The notes: a model not told the origin generated them from the letters alone. Counted from the first letter of the stretch, positions 29,882-40,432 are shown. The stretch: DNA of 64,000 nt from an uncultured delta proteobacterium (GCA_963699755.1 CAVOVB010000002.1:544001-608000); one strand, 5' to 3'. Translations and numbers: made by a program.

Positions 29882-30738
29882 TCGTGCCGTTGGAGGAGAT
29901 GCTTTCGGCCAACGGCCTTCGACATCACGTGATCCGTTGGGGCCAGCGTCCCGTGGACGTCGTGCTTTGCCATGGTTTTTTAGACATCGCTTGGAGCTTC
30001 GACGCACTCGCACGCGAATTGGTCGAGGCGGGGTATGGCGTTGCCGCGTTTGATTGGCGAGGTCACGGCCAGACGGACTGGATCGGCGCGGGCGGCTACT
30101 ACCACTTCCCCGACTACGTTCTCGATTTGGACGAGCTCCTGCCACAGCTCTCCGATCAACCGGTTCATCTCGTCGGGCACTCGATGGGTGGTTCGGCTTG
30201 CGTCATGTATGCGGCTGCACGCCCCGAAAACCTGAGCTCGCTCGCGCTGATCGAAGGGATCGGGCCGCCCGAAATGGAACCGCGCGACCCGGCGACACGC
30301 TTGCGTGCCTGGCTAGATGGCGTGGCCAAGGTTCGCAGCAAACGCGCACTGCCGATGGAAGACGAGCGAATCGCGCTGAAGCGGATGCGAGCTCAGAACC
30401 CAGAGCTCAGCGACGAGCTCGGCTTGTTCCTCGCGAGCAAGAGCACGAAAAAGGTCGACGGCGGGCTTGAGTGGACCTTCGATCCATTGCACAAGACCTG
30501 GTCGCCTCGGCCCTTCGAAGCCAGCATGTTCGAGAAGCTCCTCGAGGCGATCCCCACACCTACCTTGGTGGTCGCCGGCGAGCGAGGTTTTCGCCTGCAA
30601 GACGAGCAGCATCGCATCGGAAAGATCAGGCAGCATTGCTTCGTCGAGATTGCCGATGTTGGACACATGATTCACTGGTTCGAGCCGCAAATGCTCGCCG
30701 CTGAGCTTACAGGATTCTTCGCCCAGCATCGCACTTGA
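29878..30738 (+). CDS. alpha/beta hydrolase
   Basis: HGFLD, DWRGHG, YHFPDYV, GHSMGG, GHMIH. Confidence 0.9.
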   Translation: MIVPLEEMLSANGLRHHVIRWGQRPVDVVLCHGFLDIAWSFDALARELVEAGYGVAAFDWRGHGQTDWIGAGGYYHFPDYVLDLDELLPQLSDQPVHLVGHSMGGSACVMYAAARPENLSSLALIEGIGPPEMEPRDPATRLRAWLDGVAKVRSKRALPMEDERIALKRMRAQNPELSDELGLFLASKSTKKVDGGLEWTFDPLHKTWSPRPFEASMFEKLLEAIPTPTLVVAGERGFRLQDEQHRIGKIRQHCFVEIADVGHMIHWFEPQMLAAELTGFFAQHRT

Positions 30739-30771
30739 CCCCGTGGTGGGCTCGTGAAACGCTGACGGGCC

Positions 30772-31716
30772 ATGCGTGTAGTTTGCTTGGTTTCCCTGGT
30801 TCTCACGGTTTTGGTGACGGTGCAGGCCCTGGCGGAGGACAGAGCCCCCCGTCCCGACGAAGTGCGACGCGCCAAAGTCGTCGCAACGGTCGGCAGCGAA
30901 ACGATCACGGTGGGAGAGCTAGAAGATATGATCAACTCGCGCTCGCCGTATGCCCGCAAACGATTTGCGGATCGAGCAGTGCTCGAGCGCTTTCTCGACG
31001 ATCAAGTCAAGAACGAGCTCTTCTACCAAGGGGCGGAGAAACTCGGCTATGGGAACGACCCCAGGGTCAGAGAATTCCTCGATCAAACGCTCGTCCAGAT
31101 CTATGTGCGCAGAGAATTCGAAGAGGCCGTGACGCCCGAGAGCGTGACCAAAGAGGACGTCGCCAAGTACTACAAGGAACACCCGGAAGAGTTTCATCGG
31201 CCGGAGATGCGCCGCGCGCGACACATCCTCGTGGCGAGCAAGAAGGAGGCCGAGGACATCCGCCGGCAGGTTCAAAGCGGCAAGGGACCGACGTTCCGCG
31301 CCCTCGCAAAAGAGCTGAGCCTCGACACCGAGACCAAGCTCCGAGGGGGTGACCTTCTCTACTTCAGCACGGATGGAACCCTCGTGGGCAAGCCCGATCA
31401 GGCGGCCGTCGACGCCACGCTAGCGAAGGCTGCGTTCAGCCTCGAGAAGGTCGGAGAGCTCAGCAAGCCCCTCGACCTCGGAGACGGGAAGTGGAGCATC
31501 CTCGAGCTCACGGGCATCCGCCCCAAGCAGACGCAAACCATCGAGCAGGCCAGCGCCCTCATCCGCCGGAAGATTTGGCGCCAGGGGCGCGAGGGCGCGC
31601 TCAACAAGACGATCAGCGATCTGCGGACCGAGCTGAAGCCGGAGAGCTTCCCCGAGCGGATGGACGCGATCGTCCTCGAGCCGAGCAGTCAGCCGATCGG
31701 GCCGCTCGACCAATAG
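30772..31716 (+). CDS. periplasmic PpiC/parvulin peptidyl-prolyl isomerase
   Basis: signal peptide; RARHILV, LAKELSLD, GGDL, GELSKP. Confidence 0.88.
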   Translation: MRVVCLVSLVLTVLVTVQALAEDRAPRPDEVRRAKVVATVGSETITVGELEDMINSRSPYARKRFADRAVLERFLDDQVKNELFYQGAEKLGYGNDPRVREFLDQTLVQIYVRREFEEAVTPESVTKEDVAKYYKEHPEEFHRPEMRRARHILVASKKEAEDIRRQVQSGKGPTFRALAKELSLDTETKLRGGDLLYFSTDGTLVGKPDQAAVDATLAKAAFSLEKVGELSKPLDLGDGKWSILELTGIRPKQTQTIEQASALIRRKIWRQGREGALNKTISDLRTELKPESFPERMDAIVLEPSSQPIGPLDQ

Positions 31717-31765
31717 AAAACCGGTCTGGCTCTCTTGGCTTGCCAAGGAGCCGCGCTGCAGTTAC

Positions 31766-31783
31766 TAAATGAACGTTCATTCA
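31766..31783. promoter_or_regulatory. palindromic TetR-type (FadR/YsiA-like) operator candidate
   Basis: TAAATGAACGTTCATTCA with perfect 14-bp core palindrome AATGAACGTTCATT, 19 nt before the acyl-CoA dehydrogenase ATG; AT-rich in a GC-rich genome. Confidence 0.65.
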
Positions 31784-31802
31784 TTTTCGGAGCGAGAGAG
31801 CC

Positions 31803-32981
31803 ATGTCGTCTACATTTCAGCCTTTTAGGGAAGAGCACAAGATCTTCCGCCAGCAGGTTCGCGCCTTCGTCGAGAACGAGCTCGTCCCAAACGTCGACCA
31901 GTGGGAGAAGGAAAAGCTCTTCCCGAACTCGGTGTTCAAGCGAGCTGGAGAGCTCGGGATCATCGGTGCGCACTATCCCGAGGACGTCGGCGGTGGCGGC
32001 GGTGACTTCTGGATGAGCGTGGTGAAAGCCGAGGAGCTAGCCCGATGCGGCTCGGCGGGCGTCACGATGGGACTTCTCGTTCAGGCCGATATGGCAACCC
32101 CGGTCATCAATGACCTCGGCTCGCGTGAAGTGAAGGACGAGTTCCTGGCGCCTGCCATCGCCGGCGACAAGATTGCGGCGCTCGGCGTGAGTGAGCCCGG
32201 CGCAGGCTCTGATGTCGCAGGGTTGCGAACGACCGCGCGGGCGGTTGGTGACGAGTACGTCATCAACGGCTCCAAGACATACATCACCAACGGTACGCGC
32301 GCGGATTTCATCACGCTCATGGTCAAGACCGATCCCGATGCAGGACATAGCGGCATCTCAATCATCGTCTGTCCCACGGATGTGAAGGGTTTCAGCATCT
32401 CCAAGAAGCTCGAGAAGGCTGGCAACTGGGCAAGCGACACAGCCGAGCTCTTCTTCGAGGATGTCCGCGTACCGAAGCGGTACTTGCTCGGACAGGAAGG
32501 CATGGGCTTCGTCTATCTGATGCAGAACTTCCAGTCGGAACGATTGGTTGGCTGCGTGAGCGGGCTGGAGGGCTCGAAGCTTGCGCTCGACCGCTCGGTT
32601 CAGTTCGGCCGCGAGCGAGTCGCATTCGGAAAGCCGTTGATCAAGCGGGAGTACTGGCAGCAGAAGTTCGTCGACCTGTACACGAAGTACGAGGCAGGCA
32701 AGGCGCTCACCTACAACGCCTGCGCTGCCTACAACGAGGACAAGTTCGTGAACAAGGGCATGCTCTCGATGGAGACGACTCGGATCGTATCGATGTCGAA
32801 GGCCTACGTCGGCGACGTGACCGCAGAGATCATGGATCAGTGCATGCAGTTCCACGGCGGCATGGGCTATCTAGAGGAGCTCTGGGTGGCCCGCGCCTGG
32901 CGAGACGCGCGCCTCTTTCGCATCGGTGGCGGAGCAACGGAAGTCATGCGCTACGCGACCGCGAAGATCATGGGTCTTTGA
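31803..32981 (+). CDS. acyl-CoA dehydrogenase
   Basis: GVSEPGAGSDVA, NGSKTYITNG, DTAELFFEDV, QFHGGMGY, IGGGATEVM. Confidence 0.96.
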   Translation: MSSTFQPFREEHKIFRQQVRAFVENELVPNVDQWEKEKLFPNSVFKRAGELGIIGAHYPEDVGGGGGDFWMSVVKAEELARCGSAGVTMGLLVQADMATPVINDLGSREVKDEFLAPAIAGDKIAALGVSEPGAGSDVAGLRTTARAVGDEYVINGSKTYITNGTRADFITLMVKTDPDAGHSGISIIVCPTDVKGFSISKKLEKAGNWASDTAELFFEDVRVPKRYLLGQEGMGFVYLMQNFQSERLVGCVSGLEGSKLALDRSVQFGRERVAFGKPLIKREYWQQKFVDLYTKYEAGKALTYNACAAYNEDKFVNKGMLSMETTRIVSMSKAYVGDVTAEIMDQCMQFHGGMGYLEELWVARAWRDARLFRIGGGATEVMRYATAKIMGL

Positions 32982-33128
32982 GCGCGAAGCGCGGCGCGCG
33001 CCGCGGCGGAGCGCGTGGCGTCGACGGCGCTGCAACGTAGCGCGAATGGCCTGCTCCCCAGAACAACAAGGCATCGGCGCTTGATGGTTGGCGCTGGAGG
33101 TTTGATCCCTGCTGCGGTCATCAGGTGC

Positions 33129-34175
33129 TCACGCTGAGCCCTGCTGCGGTTCGCGGAGGGCCTCCTGCACCTTCTCCCATACGTCGGTCGTTCCTATCAC
33201 ATCGACGATCATGACCGCTTCTGCCGCCGAGATGTTGTCTTGTTTTGGCGTGCTGATGTCGAGCCAGCCGGCAATGCGTCGAGCAATTGCCAGACGGGTC
33301 GCGAGCTCACTCCGGGCTCTGGTCAAGCTGCCAAAGCGCGTCCAGCGCATCGACCAGATCTCGTCGGCGATCCAGTCACCGAAGACCCTGTTCGGGGCGA
33401 CCGGATCGACGACGCGCTCCCCAGCTCGCTCGAACGAGTCCGCCCAAGGACGCCCGTGCTCGCTGCGTTCACGACGGTCGACCAGGAAAGCAATCGCGTC
33501 CCCAAACCATCGCGCTGCAAAGGACGCGCGCGCGGCACCGTGAAAGCCGAGCATCTGGTCGGCTACTTCGGTCCAGCTCATTCCCTCGAGCTTCGGAAAG
33601 GGCTGTGCCCCGAGCAAGGTCATCAGGTTCTTTCCTTCGAGCAAGGCGCCGATTAGGTCTGCCTCGCGCTCAGCGTACTCCGCGAAGGAAAGCGACTCCG
33701 TCGAAGACCAGAAGACCTCGTCGAAGACAGCATGGTCCGGTTTCAGCTCGCCATTCGAGTCGAGCACGCAAGGCCGCGCAGCTTCTGTGCTGATCGGCGG
33801 TAGCGGGCCGAGAGTACGGCAGGTGCATCGGTGCTGAGTCGAGATCCGACCGCCTAGAGGTGTAGCGGTCAGCGCGTAGGGAAACTGAATGCAGGGCGTC
33901 GGCTTCATTTTGGGACCGAGCCTGGAATGGATGGCGCATCCCTCCTCAGTCCAGAACACGCAGCGCCCCGTATCGCTCCGCATCATCAGAACGGCGGCAT
34001 CCTCGCCTTGATGCCGGTCGATGGCGTCTTCGGAGATCATCGCAAGCAGTTCGCAATCTTCGTCGCTGAGCGCCCCAACCGCATGGATATCGCTGCAACA
34101 AAGGCCGTCCCCGACACAGTCGAATCGTGCACCCAAACGCACCAGCAAAGGCTCCCGCCGCGCGTGAGCGGTCAT
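33129..34175 (-). CDS. YkgJ/FliB-like cysteine-cluster protein (paralogue A)
   Basis: FDCVGDGLCCSD, GRCVF, GCAIH, KPTPCIQFP, HRCTCRT. Confidence 0.78.
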   Translation of the reverse strand: MTAHARREPLLVRLGARFDCVGDGLCCSDIHAVGALSDEDCELLAMISEDAIDRHQGEDAAVLMMRSDTGRCVFWTEEGCAIHSRLGPKMKPTPCIQFPYALTATPLGGRISTQHRCTCRTLGPLPPISTEAARPCVLDSNGELKPDHAVFDEVFWSSTESLSFAEYAEREADLIGALLEGKNLMTLLGAQPFPKLEGMSWTEVADQMLGFHGAARASFAARWFGDAIAFLVDRRERSEHGRPWADSFERAGERVVDPVAPNRVFGDWIADEIWSMRWTRFGSLTRARSELATRLAIARRIAGWLDISTPKQDNISAAEAVMIVDVIGTTDVWEKVQEALREPQQGSA

Positions 34176-35671
34176 GCGCTTGCCAGACGTGGCTCGGAGG
34201 AGAGGTAGAGAACCTCCATCCCGGGCATCACCACGGCATCGCCTCCGGGGTTGAACTGTTCCTTTCCGCTGTCGGGATCCCGAACGCCGATCACGAGACA
34301 GCCGGTCGAGGCGTGAATCCGCCGGCTCACCTCGTCGAAGCTCGCCGGGACTTCCATTCCCTCCGGAAGCTGACCCACGTAGAGGGTCTGGTGGCCGGCA
34401 AAGACCATGCGACTCGTCGCGTCGGCTACGCCAGGGTAGACGACCGTGTGCGCCAGCAGCGAGTAGCCCACTTTGCGGGTCTCGATGACCTCGTCGCTAC
34501 CGGCAGTGCGCGCATGTTGCACGTTTTCGGAATCCAGAACCTCGGCAATCACCCGGACTGGCTTCTTGCGTTTCTGAGCTGCCGCGCTCTTGGCCAAGGC
34601 CGACCGAATCGTGAAGACGGTAAGAATGGTGGTCGCGTCGGCCTGCTGTGGCTTGACGCGGCGCGAACCGGTCACGATGACCGTCGAGGCATAGGCAATG
34701 CGCGCTTTGTCCAGCTCACTCTCCTTGGTCGGGTCACCCTGGACCCACATGAACTCGGGGGCGAGCTCGAGAGGGCGCTCGTGGGGACCAAAGAGCACCA
34801 CGCGTTGCTCTTCGAAATCGATCTCTTTGCTGAGCACGTCGAGCAGCATTCCGCTGCCCACTTCGTAGCCGCACACCACGATGTGATTCACATAACCGCT
34901 CATTCGAAACTGCTCCTCTCGGATACTCAGAACCGCGTGTAACAGGCTGTGTCCGATGATGCCTGCGAATAGGGCCAAGGTGAACAGGCCACCGACCATC
35001 ATCACACCACCAATGACGCGACCCAAGGCGGTCGCCGGCGTGATGTCCCCGAAGCCCACGGTCGTGATGGTCACCAAAGCCCACCAGAGCCCATCGCCAA
35101 CCGTCCTGATCTCGGGGTTCGAATAACGTTCGACGAGAAAGAGGCTGATGCCCCCGAGAATCGTTTCGACGCCGAGGACCGAGAACGCGAACGTGAAGAG
35201 CAGGCGGTCTTCCTGGAACGCGTGCATGAGACCTTGGAATGGATTGGCGTAGCGGAAGAACTTCCGGGTGCGCAGTAGCCTCAGAAGGCGCAGAGCACGC
35301 AAACCTCGAAGCGCGGGAACCAAGGCGAGGACGGTGACGATGTCGATCAACATCATCGGGGTCAGCGCAAATCGAATCCTATCGAAAACCTCGGTGCGAA
35401 TCCTTCCTAGAGGAGGTTGTTTGAACACCTCGAGCACCGGCGGGCGATACGTGAGGATCCTCGTGCTGACCTCGATCGCAAAGAACCACAGAAGGACGCG
35501 GTCGATCCGCTGAAGGATTCGATCACCCCGTGATCCGTCGGGAAAGAAGGGCTCGGCGATCAGCACCGCGATCGATAGGACAATCAGGACCCAGACGGTC
35601 GACTCGACCAGTCGGTATACCTGCGTGCGCGGGTTGTGAAACGCAGCATGCAGGTAGTCGCGCGCGGTCAT
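34172..35671 (-). CDS. voltage-gated K+ channel with cytoplasmic RCK/TrkA domain
   Basis: S4 LRGLRALRLLRLLR, pore WWALVTITTVGFGD, HIVVCG and GDPT RCK motifs. Confidence 0.92.
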   Translation of the reverse strand: MTARDYLHAAFHNPRTQVYRLVESTVWVLIVLSIAVLIAEPFFPDGSRGDRILQRIDRVLLWFFAIEVSTRILTYRPPVLEVFKQPPLGRIRTEVFDRIRFALTPMMLIDIVTVLALVPALRGLRALRLLRLLRTRKFFRYANPFQGLMHAFQEDRLLFTFAFSVLGVETILGGISLFLVERYSNPEIRTVGDGLWWALVTITTVGFGDITPATALGRVIGGVMMVGGLFTLALFAGIIGHSLLHAVLSIREEQFRMSGYVNHIVVCGYEVGSGMLLDVLSKEIDFEEQRVVLFGPHERPLELAPEFMWVQGDPTKESELDKARIAYASTVIVTGSRRVKPQQADATTILTVFTIRSALAKSAAAQKRKKPVRVIAEVLDSENVQHARTAGSDEVIETRKVGYSLLAHTVVYPGVADATSRMVFAGHQTLYVGQLPEGMEVPASFDEVSRRIHASTGCLVIGVRDPDSGKEQFNPGGDAVVMPGMEVLYLSSEPRLASA

Positions 35672-35732
35672 GCGTCGCGAGCATCAATTGGCCGGGAGCT
35701 GGTGTCAACCGCTCCGAACGGACTAGGTCAGC

Positions 35733-37955
35733 CTATTCGGCCGCTACTGGCGTTTGCTCGACCTCCGTGAGTTCGATTGCGTCCGCGAGGATTTCGGCGA
35801 TGTCACGTTGACCAATCTCTGCCTCCTTTTCCGCAGCCTTGAGACCATCGGTCAACATGGTCATGCAGAAGGGACAGCCGCTCGCGATGGTGCTTGCGCC
35901 GGTGTCGAGCAACTGCAGCGTGCGCTTGTTGTTCACGCGCTCGTCGCCGTGTTCTTCCATGAACATTTGGGCTCCACCGGCACCGCAGCAAAGGCCCTTG
36001 TTGCGGTTCCAGTACGGAACCTCGGTCAGCTCGAGGCCGTCGATTGCCTCGAGAATCTGTCGCGGCGAATCGTAAACCTGGTTGTACCGGCCGAGATAGC
36101 AGCTGTCGTGGTAGACGACCTTTCCCTTCACCGACTTCGACGGAACGAGCTTGCCCGCGACGAGCAGGCCATTGAGGAAGTCGCTGTGGTGCACCACATC
36201 GTAGTTGCCGCCGAAATCGCTGTACTCGTTGGCAAGTGTGTTGAAGCAATGCGGGCACGCCGTGATGATCGTCTTTTTCGAAGCCTCGTAGCCGTTGAGG
36301 GTTTCGATGTTTTGCTCGGCGAGCATCTGAAAGAGATACTCGTTGCCGGCGCGGCGCGCAGGATCGCCAGTGCATGTCTCCTCGGTGCCGAGAATCGCGA
36401 AGTCCACGTGCGCCTTCTTCAAAAGCTTGGAGACGGCGCGCGCAACCTTCTTGGCGCGGTCGTCGTAGCTGGCCGCACAGCCGACCCAGTAGAGAACTTC
36501 TGCATCGGGCTTGTCGCTCAGCAATGGGATGTCCAGGCCGTCTGCCCAGTCGGCACGGTCCATCGCCGAGATGTTCCACGGGTTCCCGTTGGTCTCGATG
36601 CCGTTGAACGCCCCCTGAAGCTCGCCCGGGAACTCGTTCTTCATCATGACTTCTTCGCGGCGCATGCCGATGATCTTGTCGACGTAGGAAATCATGACGG
36701 GACACTGCTCTTCGCAAGCGCGGCAAGAGGTGCAGCCCCAAATCACGTCCGGATGAAGAACATTCGGAACCAGATCGACGACGGTCTCCCCGACGAAATA
36801 GCCGCCCGCTGGCGCCGCCGGAAAGGTGTGAATCGGCTCCTGGGCATCGCTCGGCTTCGGTTCGGCGGCCGGAGTATCACTGGGCTCTTCGACGAGGGCG
36901 TCCTTGCCGAACATGTCTTTTTCGGTGGCATAGAGGTGATCTCGCAGTGCAAGCGTGAGGTGCTTGGGCGAGAGCATCTTGCCAGTGATATAGGCGGGGC
37001 AATTGTCGCTGCATCGCCCGCACTCGGTGCAGGTGTACAGGTCCATGATGTGCTTGTACGTGAGGTCGCTGAGCCTGTTGATGCCGAGCGACTCCTCCCG
37101 CTCGACCTTCCCTTCGAGGTCCTCGACCTTCGGAAGCGCATTCGGCCGCCGTTCATAGGCGAACACGTTGGGAATCACGGTGAGCACGTGGAAGTGCTTC
37201 GAGTACGGGAGGATGTTCAAGAAGATTAAGACGAATGCCGAGTGCCACCAGAAACCCGAGTGCTGGAACGCCTTCAGGGCACTCACGTTCTCCACGTTCG
37301 AGAGAAACTGCGCAACGATTCCGCCAAACGGCTCCCACCAGCCGGCGTGAATCACTTCGCCAGTGGCGCGGGCATCGACGACCAAGGAGGCGCCGACGTA
37401 GAGGAAATCCGCGGCCATCATCGTGATGATGATGAACAGAATCAGAATGGGCTCGGTGAAGATGTGGCGGTTGGCGTGGTGGCCGAGCGTCATCCGAGGC
37501 TTGTTTTTGACGGCCTTCGGGTCGCCGCTGTCCTCGCCGCGCTTAACCCAGCGCAGGTAGAGAAAGAGGAGCGAGCCCACGATGGCCGCAAACGCCGCGA
37601 GCTCCTTGACTAAGGAGTACAGCTTGCCGACCAGGTGGTCGGTGCTCAGCAAACCCCAGAAGTCGAACCCGGCGTCGAAGCCACGGCCCCAGAGCATGAG
37701 GCTGTTGAGGAGGAGCACCTGGAACGCGACGAAGATACCCACATGCGCGAACCCCGCCATGGTGTAGTTGGGCATCCTTTTTTGGCCAAAGGCATAGATG
37801 AGCAGCGTCTTCGTTCGGTCGGCGATTTGCTCGCCATCCCAGGCAAAGCGCGGGTCGGGTACCCCAACCTTGACCTGCCGGAGCCGCCGAAACGCGGACC
37901 ACGAGAAAAATCCGAGCGTGCTCACCAGCAGCAGCGTCATCCAAATCGGACCCAT
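35733..37955 (-). CDS. membrane Fe-S oxidoreductase, FadF/EtfD (heterodisulfide-reductase-like)
   Basis: N-terminal TMs with PYSKHFH; CTECGRCSDNCP and CTSCRACEEQCP; WVGC, TACPHC, HDSCYLGR, CCGAGG, CPFC. Confidence 0.92.
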   Translation of the reverse strand: MGPIWMTLLLVSTLGFFSWSAFRRLRQVKVGVPDPRFAWDGEQIADRTKTLLIYAFGQKRMPNYTMAGFAHVGIFVAFQVLLLNSLMLWGRGFDAGFDFWGLLSTDHLVGKLYSLVKELAAFAAIVGSLLFLYLRWVKRGEDSGDPKAVKNKPRMTLGHHANRHIFTEPILILFIIITMMAADFLYVGASLVVDARATGEVIHAGWWEPFGGIVAQFLSNVENVSALKAFQHSGFWWHSAFVLIFLNILPYSKHFHVLTVIPNVFAYERRPNALPKVEDLEGKVEREESLGINRLSDLTYKHIMDLYTCTECGRCSDNCPAYITGKMLSPKHLTLALRDHLYATEKDMFGKDALVEEPSDTPAAEPKPSDAQEPIHTFPAAPAGGYFVGETVVDLVPNVLHPDVIWGCTSCRACEEQCPVMISYVDKIIGMRREEVMMKNEFPGELQGAFNGIETNGNPWNISAMDRADWADGLDIPLLSDKPDAEVLYWVGCAASYDDRAKKVARAVSKLLKKAHVDFAILGTEETCTGDPARRAGNEYLFQMLAEQNIETLNGYEASKKTIITACPHCFNTLANEYSDFGGNYDVVHHSDFLNGLLVAGKLVPSKSVKGKVVYHDSCYLGRYNQVYDSPRQILEAIDGLELTEVPYWNRNKGLCCGAGGAQMFMEEHGDERVNNKRTLQLLDTGASTIASGCPFCMTMLTDGLKAAEKEAEIGQRDIAEILADAIELTEVEQTPVAAE

Positions 37956-38100
37956 CGTCTTCTCCCTGACTTCAAGCGCGGAATCGGTACAAATGTAGGC
38001 TCGCGCTGCGCGAAGGTTTAGGGGTGCTCTGCGGTGAAGTCAAATCCCATGCCCAGCCTCTGGTCGGGCCTCGAATCGCCAGTTCCATTATGATTCCAAG

Positions 38101-39684
38101 GTGGGCCGTCTGACTTCGATAATTCTTCTGGGGCTCGCTGCATGCACGGCACCGGCCCTGCGCACAGTCCCGCGTGTCGAGGACGGCGAGCTGGTGCACG
38201 GCCCCTTCGTCTCTCCGTACGCCTATCGGTGGTTCATCGAGGGCGAGACCTGGGCCAGCAAGGGCCAGCACGACCGAGCGGTGATGGCATTCGAAAACGC
38301 GACCGCGGCGCCGACAGATGACGAGCTCCTCATGACCCGCCTGGCTGAGGAGTACGAGTTGAGCGGCGAGTCGCGGCGTGCCGACCGCACTCTGAGCCTG
38401 GCACGTCGTTCCTATCCGGGTTCGCCGAGGGTCGCCTTTGCCGAGGGTCGGCTCGCGCAACACAGAGGCGAGGACATGGAGGCAATCGCCGCGTTCCTGC
38501 GCGCCAGGGAGCTCGCGCGCAGCTGGGACGCACCCGTCATCGCGCTGGCGGAGACACTGGTAGCAGCGGGGCATGAAGAGCGGGCGAGCGCGATCTTGCT
38601 CGAGTACCTCACCGGCTCGAGGGGGGCGGGCTTGGACCGCGCTAGGCGGGTTCTGGTCGACCTGGCGCGACGCAGGGGAGATGCACAAACCCTGGAACAG
38701 GCCCTTGGCTCCGATCTGCGGTTGACGCCGGCGGCGCGCGCCCTGGCCGCTGGAAAGCTCGCGCTCGAGAGCGGTCAACCCGCGCTGGCGGCGAGAATTC
38801 TCGCGGCGGCATTGGATACTCCCGAGACCGTAGTCTTGTGGTTGCGCGCGCTGGTGGAAAGCGGTGACCGGAAAGAGGCGGCGCTGTTCTTGCATCACGT
38901 CAAGAGCGAACGTCTGGGCGGCCTTCCCGAGCATGTAGCCCTGCTCCTGCAGATCGACGAAGCCGACACCGCACTTCGCTTGCTGGAATCCGCAGAGCGA
39001 TCACCAAGGGTGGAGTCCGCTAAGGGTCATGCGCTCCTTGCCCGCGGGGACTACCTGGAAGCCGCCGCCGTTCTTTCGGAGGTCCCGCTCGGCGCAGCAA
39101 GCTTCGAAGCCGCGCGAATCGCACTTGCCGCATGTTGGATCGCGCGGGGCCGCTCGGGTGCTGCAGCCGAAACGCTGAGCCAGGCACCACACGATTCGCT
39201 CGCCATTCGCGAGATGCTCGCCGAGATCTATCTCGGAGAAGGGACGCTACCCTCGGCTCTTCGACTCTTCGACCCGAAACGAAACCCCGAACGCGCAACG
39301 CTTGCCAGCGTCTTCGAGCGGGCGGGTCGATTTGAAGAGGCCGCAGCGTACTACGCAGCGGTGAGGGCGACTTCTGCCGATCAAGCCCAGTTGCAAGCGC
39401 GTGCCTCGGCCGAAAAGCTCGCTGCGCTCGGAAATCGCAGGGCCGCGATCGCCATTCTCGATCGATGGACCGCGAGCGCCCCCGATGACCTATACGCCAG
39501 GGTTCGCCTCGTCGAGCTCCTCGCGGCCGATGATCGGGCTGACCTCGCACAGAAGAGCGGCCGACAAACGCTCGAGCTCATCGACCAGCCCCTTCTGCGC
39601 GCACACCTCATCGACGTCCTCGAGGCTTCGGCGGAGAGAGACGAAGCCATGAACCAGCAGGTTTCTGCGGAATCGAAGCCGTGA
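38101..39684 (+). CDS. TPR-repeat lipoprotein
   Basis: lipobox LAAC; Ala/Leu-rich helical repeats. Confidence 0.7.
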   Translation: MGRLTSIILLGLAACTAPALRTVPRVEDGELVHGPFVSPYAYRWFIEGETWASKGQHDRAVMAFENATAAPTDDELLMTRLAEEYELSGESRRADRTLSLARRSYPGSPRVAFAEGRLAQHRGEDMEAIAAFLRARELARSWDAPVIALAETLVAAGHEERASAILLEYLTGSRGAGLDRARRVLVDLARRRGDAQTLEQALGSDLRLTPAARALAAGKLALESGQPALAARILAAALDTPETVVLWLRALVESGDRKEAALFLHHVKSERLGGLPEHVALLLQIDEADTALRLLESAERSPRVESAKGHALLARGDYLEAAAVLSEVPLGAASFEAARIALAACWIARGRSGAAAETLSQAPHDSLAIREMLAEIYLGEGTLPSALRLFDPKRNPERATLASVFERAGRFEEAAAYYAAVRATSADQAQLQARASAEKLAALGNRRAAIAILDRWTASAPDDLYARVRLVELLAADDRADLAQKSGRQTLELIDQPLLRAHLIDVLEASAERDEAMNQQVSAESKP

Positions 39685-39691
39685 ACCGCGC

Positions 39692-40300
39692 TCAGTACTC
39701 GCCGAAGAGATCTTGAATCCGCACGTCGAGCGCGGTTGCGATCTTGTAGAGGGAGCTGATCGACGCACTCGACTCGGCGCGTTCGATTTGTGAGAGAAGC
39801 GAAACGCTCAGCCCCGTACGGCGGGCCATCTGCTTCAAGGTCAGCCCGCGATCTTTGCGCAGCCCCCGAATGGTTTCGCCAATGACGCGATGAAGGTTCT
39901 CCTCAGGTGTTCGGAGGAGCCCCTTCTTGCGCATCACCCGATCGAGCACCTCGCGGAACTCATCGGGGTTGAAAGGCTTCTTGAGATAGTCGACCGCGTC
40001 GAGCTTCATCGACTGCACCGCGGTGTCGAGTGACGGAAAGCCGGTGAAAATCACGACGGCTACGTCGCTATCGACCTTACGAATCTGCTCGAGGAGCTCG
40101 ACGCCCCCGAGGCCCGGCATCATCAAGTCGAGCACGACGAGGTGGTATCCTCCGTCTTTTACCTCCTCAGGCGCGTCTTTGGGGTTGGCAAGGGTGGTGA
40201 CCTCGAAGCCGTCCTTCGTCAGGAACGTCTCCATGAACTCCAAGATCGCCGGGTCATCATCAACGACCAAAACTCTTACGGGTAGTAACGCCTTTGCCAT
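39692..40300 (-). CDS. response regulator with C-terminal XRE helix-turn-helix
   Basis: VLVVDDD, LDLMMP, FTG, YLKKP; IRGLRKDRGLTLKQMARRTGLSVSLLSQIER. Confidence 0.92.
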   Translation of the reverse strand: MAKALLPVRVLVVDDDPAILEFMETFLTKDGFEVTTLANPKDAPEEVKDGGYHLVVLDLMMPGLGGVELLEQIRKVDSDVAVVIFTGFPSLDTAVQSMKLDAVDYLKKPFNPDEFREVLDRVMRKKGLLRTPEENLHRVIGETIRGLRKDRGLTLKQMARRTGLSVSLLSQIERAESSASISSLYKIATALDVRIQDLFGEY

Positions 40301-40341
40301 CCTGCCTCCGCTGCAATTGTAATTGCAGTGTTCAATTATAG

Positions 40342-40415
<74 letters not shown>

Positions 40416-40432
40416 TATTTCAAGCTCGGCGG

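Noticed and set aside
32982..33128. GC-rich spacer between convergent genes as an sRNA or small ORF
   Set aside because: No recognisable RNA family, clear terminator or convincing coding signal
35754..37229. Long antisense ORFs (also 23640..25112, 9951..11108, 37972..38934, 62631..63362)
   Set aside because: Shadows of well-supported genes on the opposite strand, expected in high-GC DNA; no motifs
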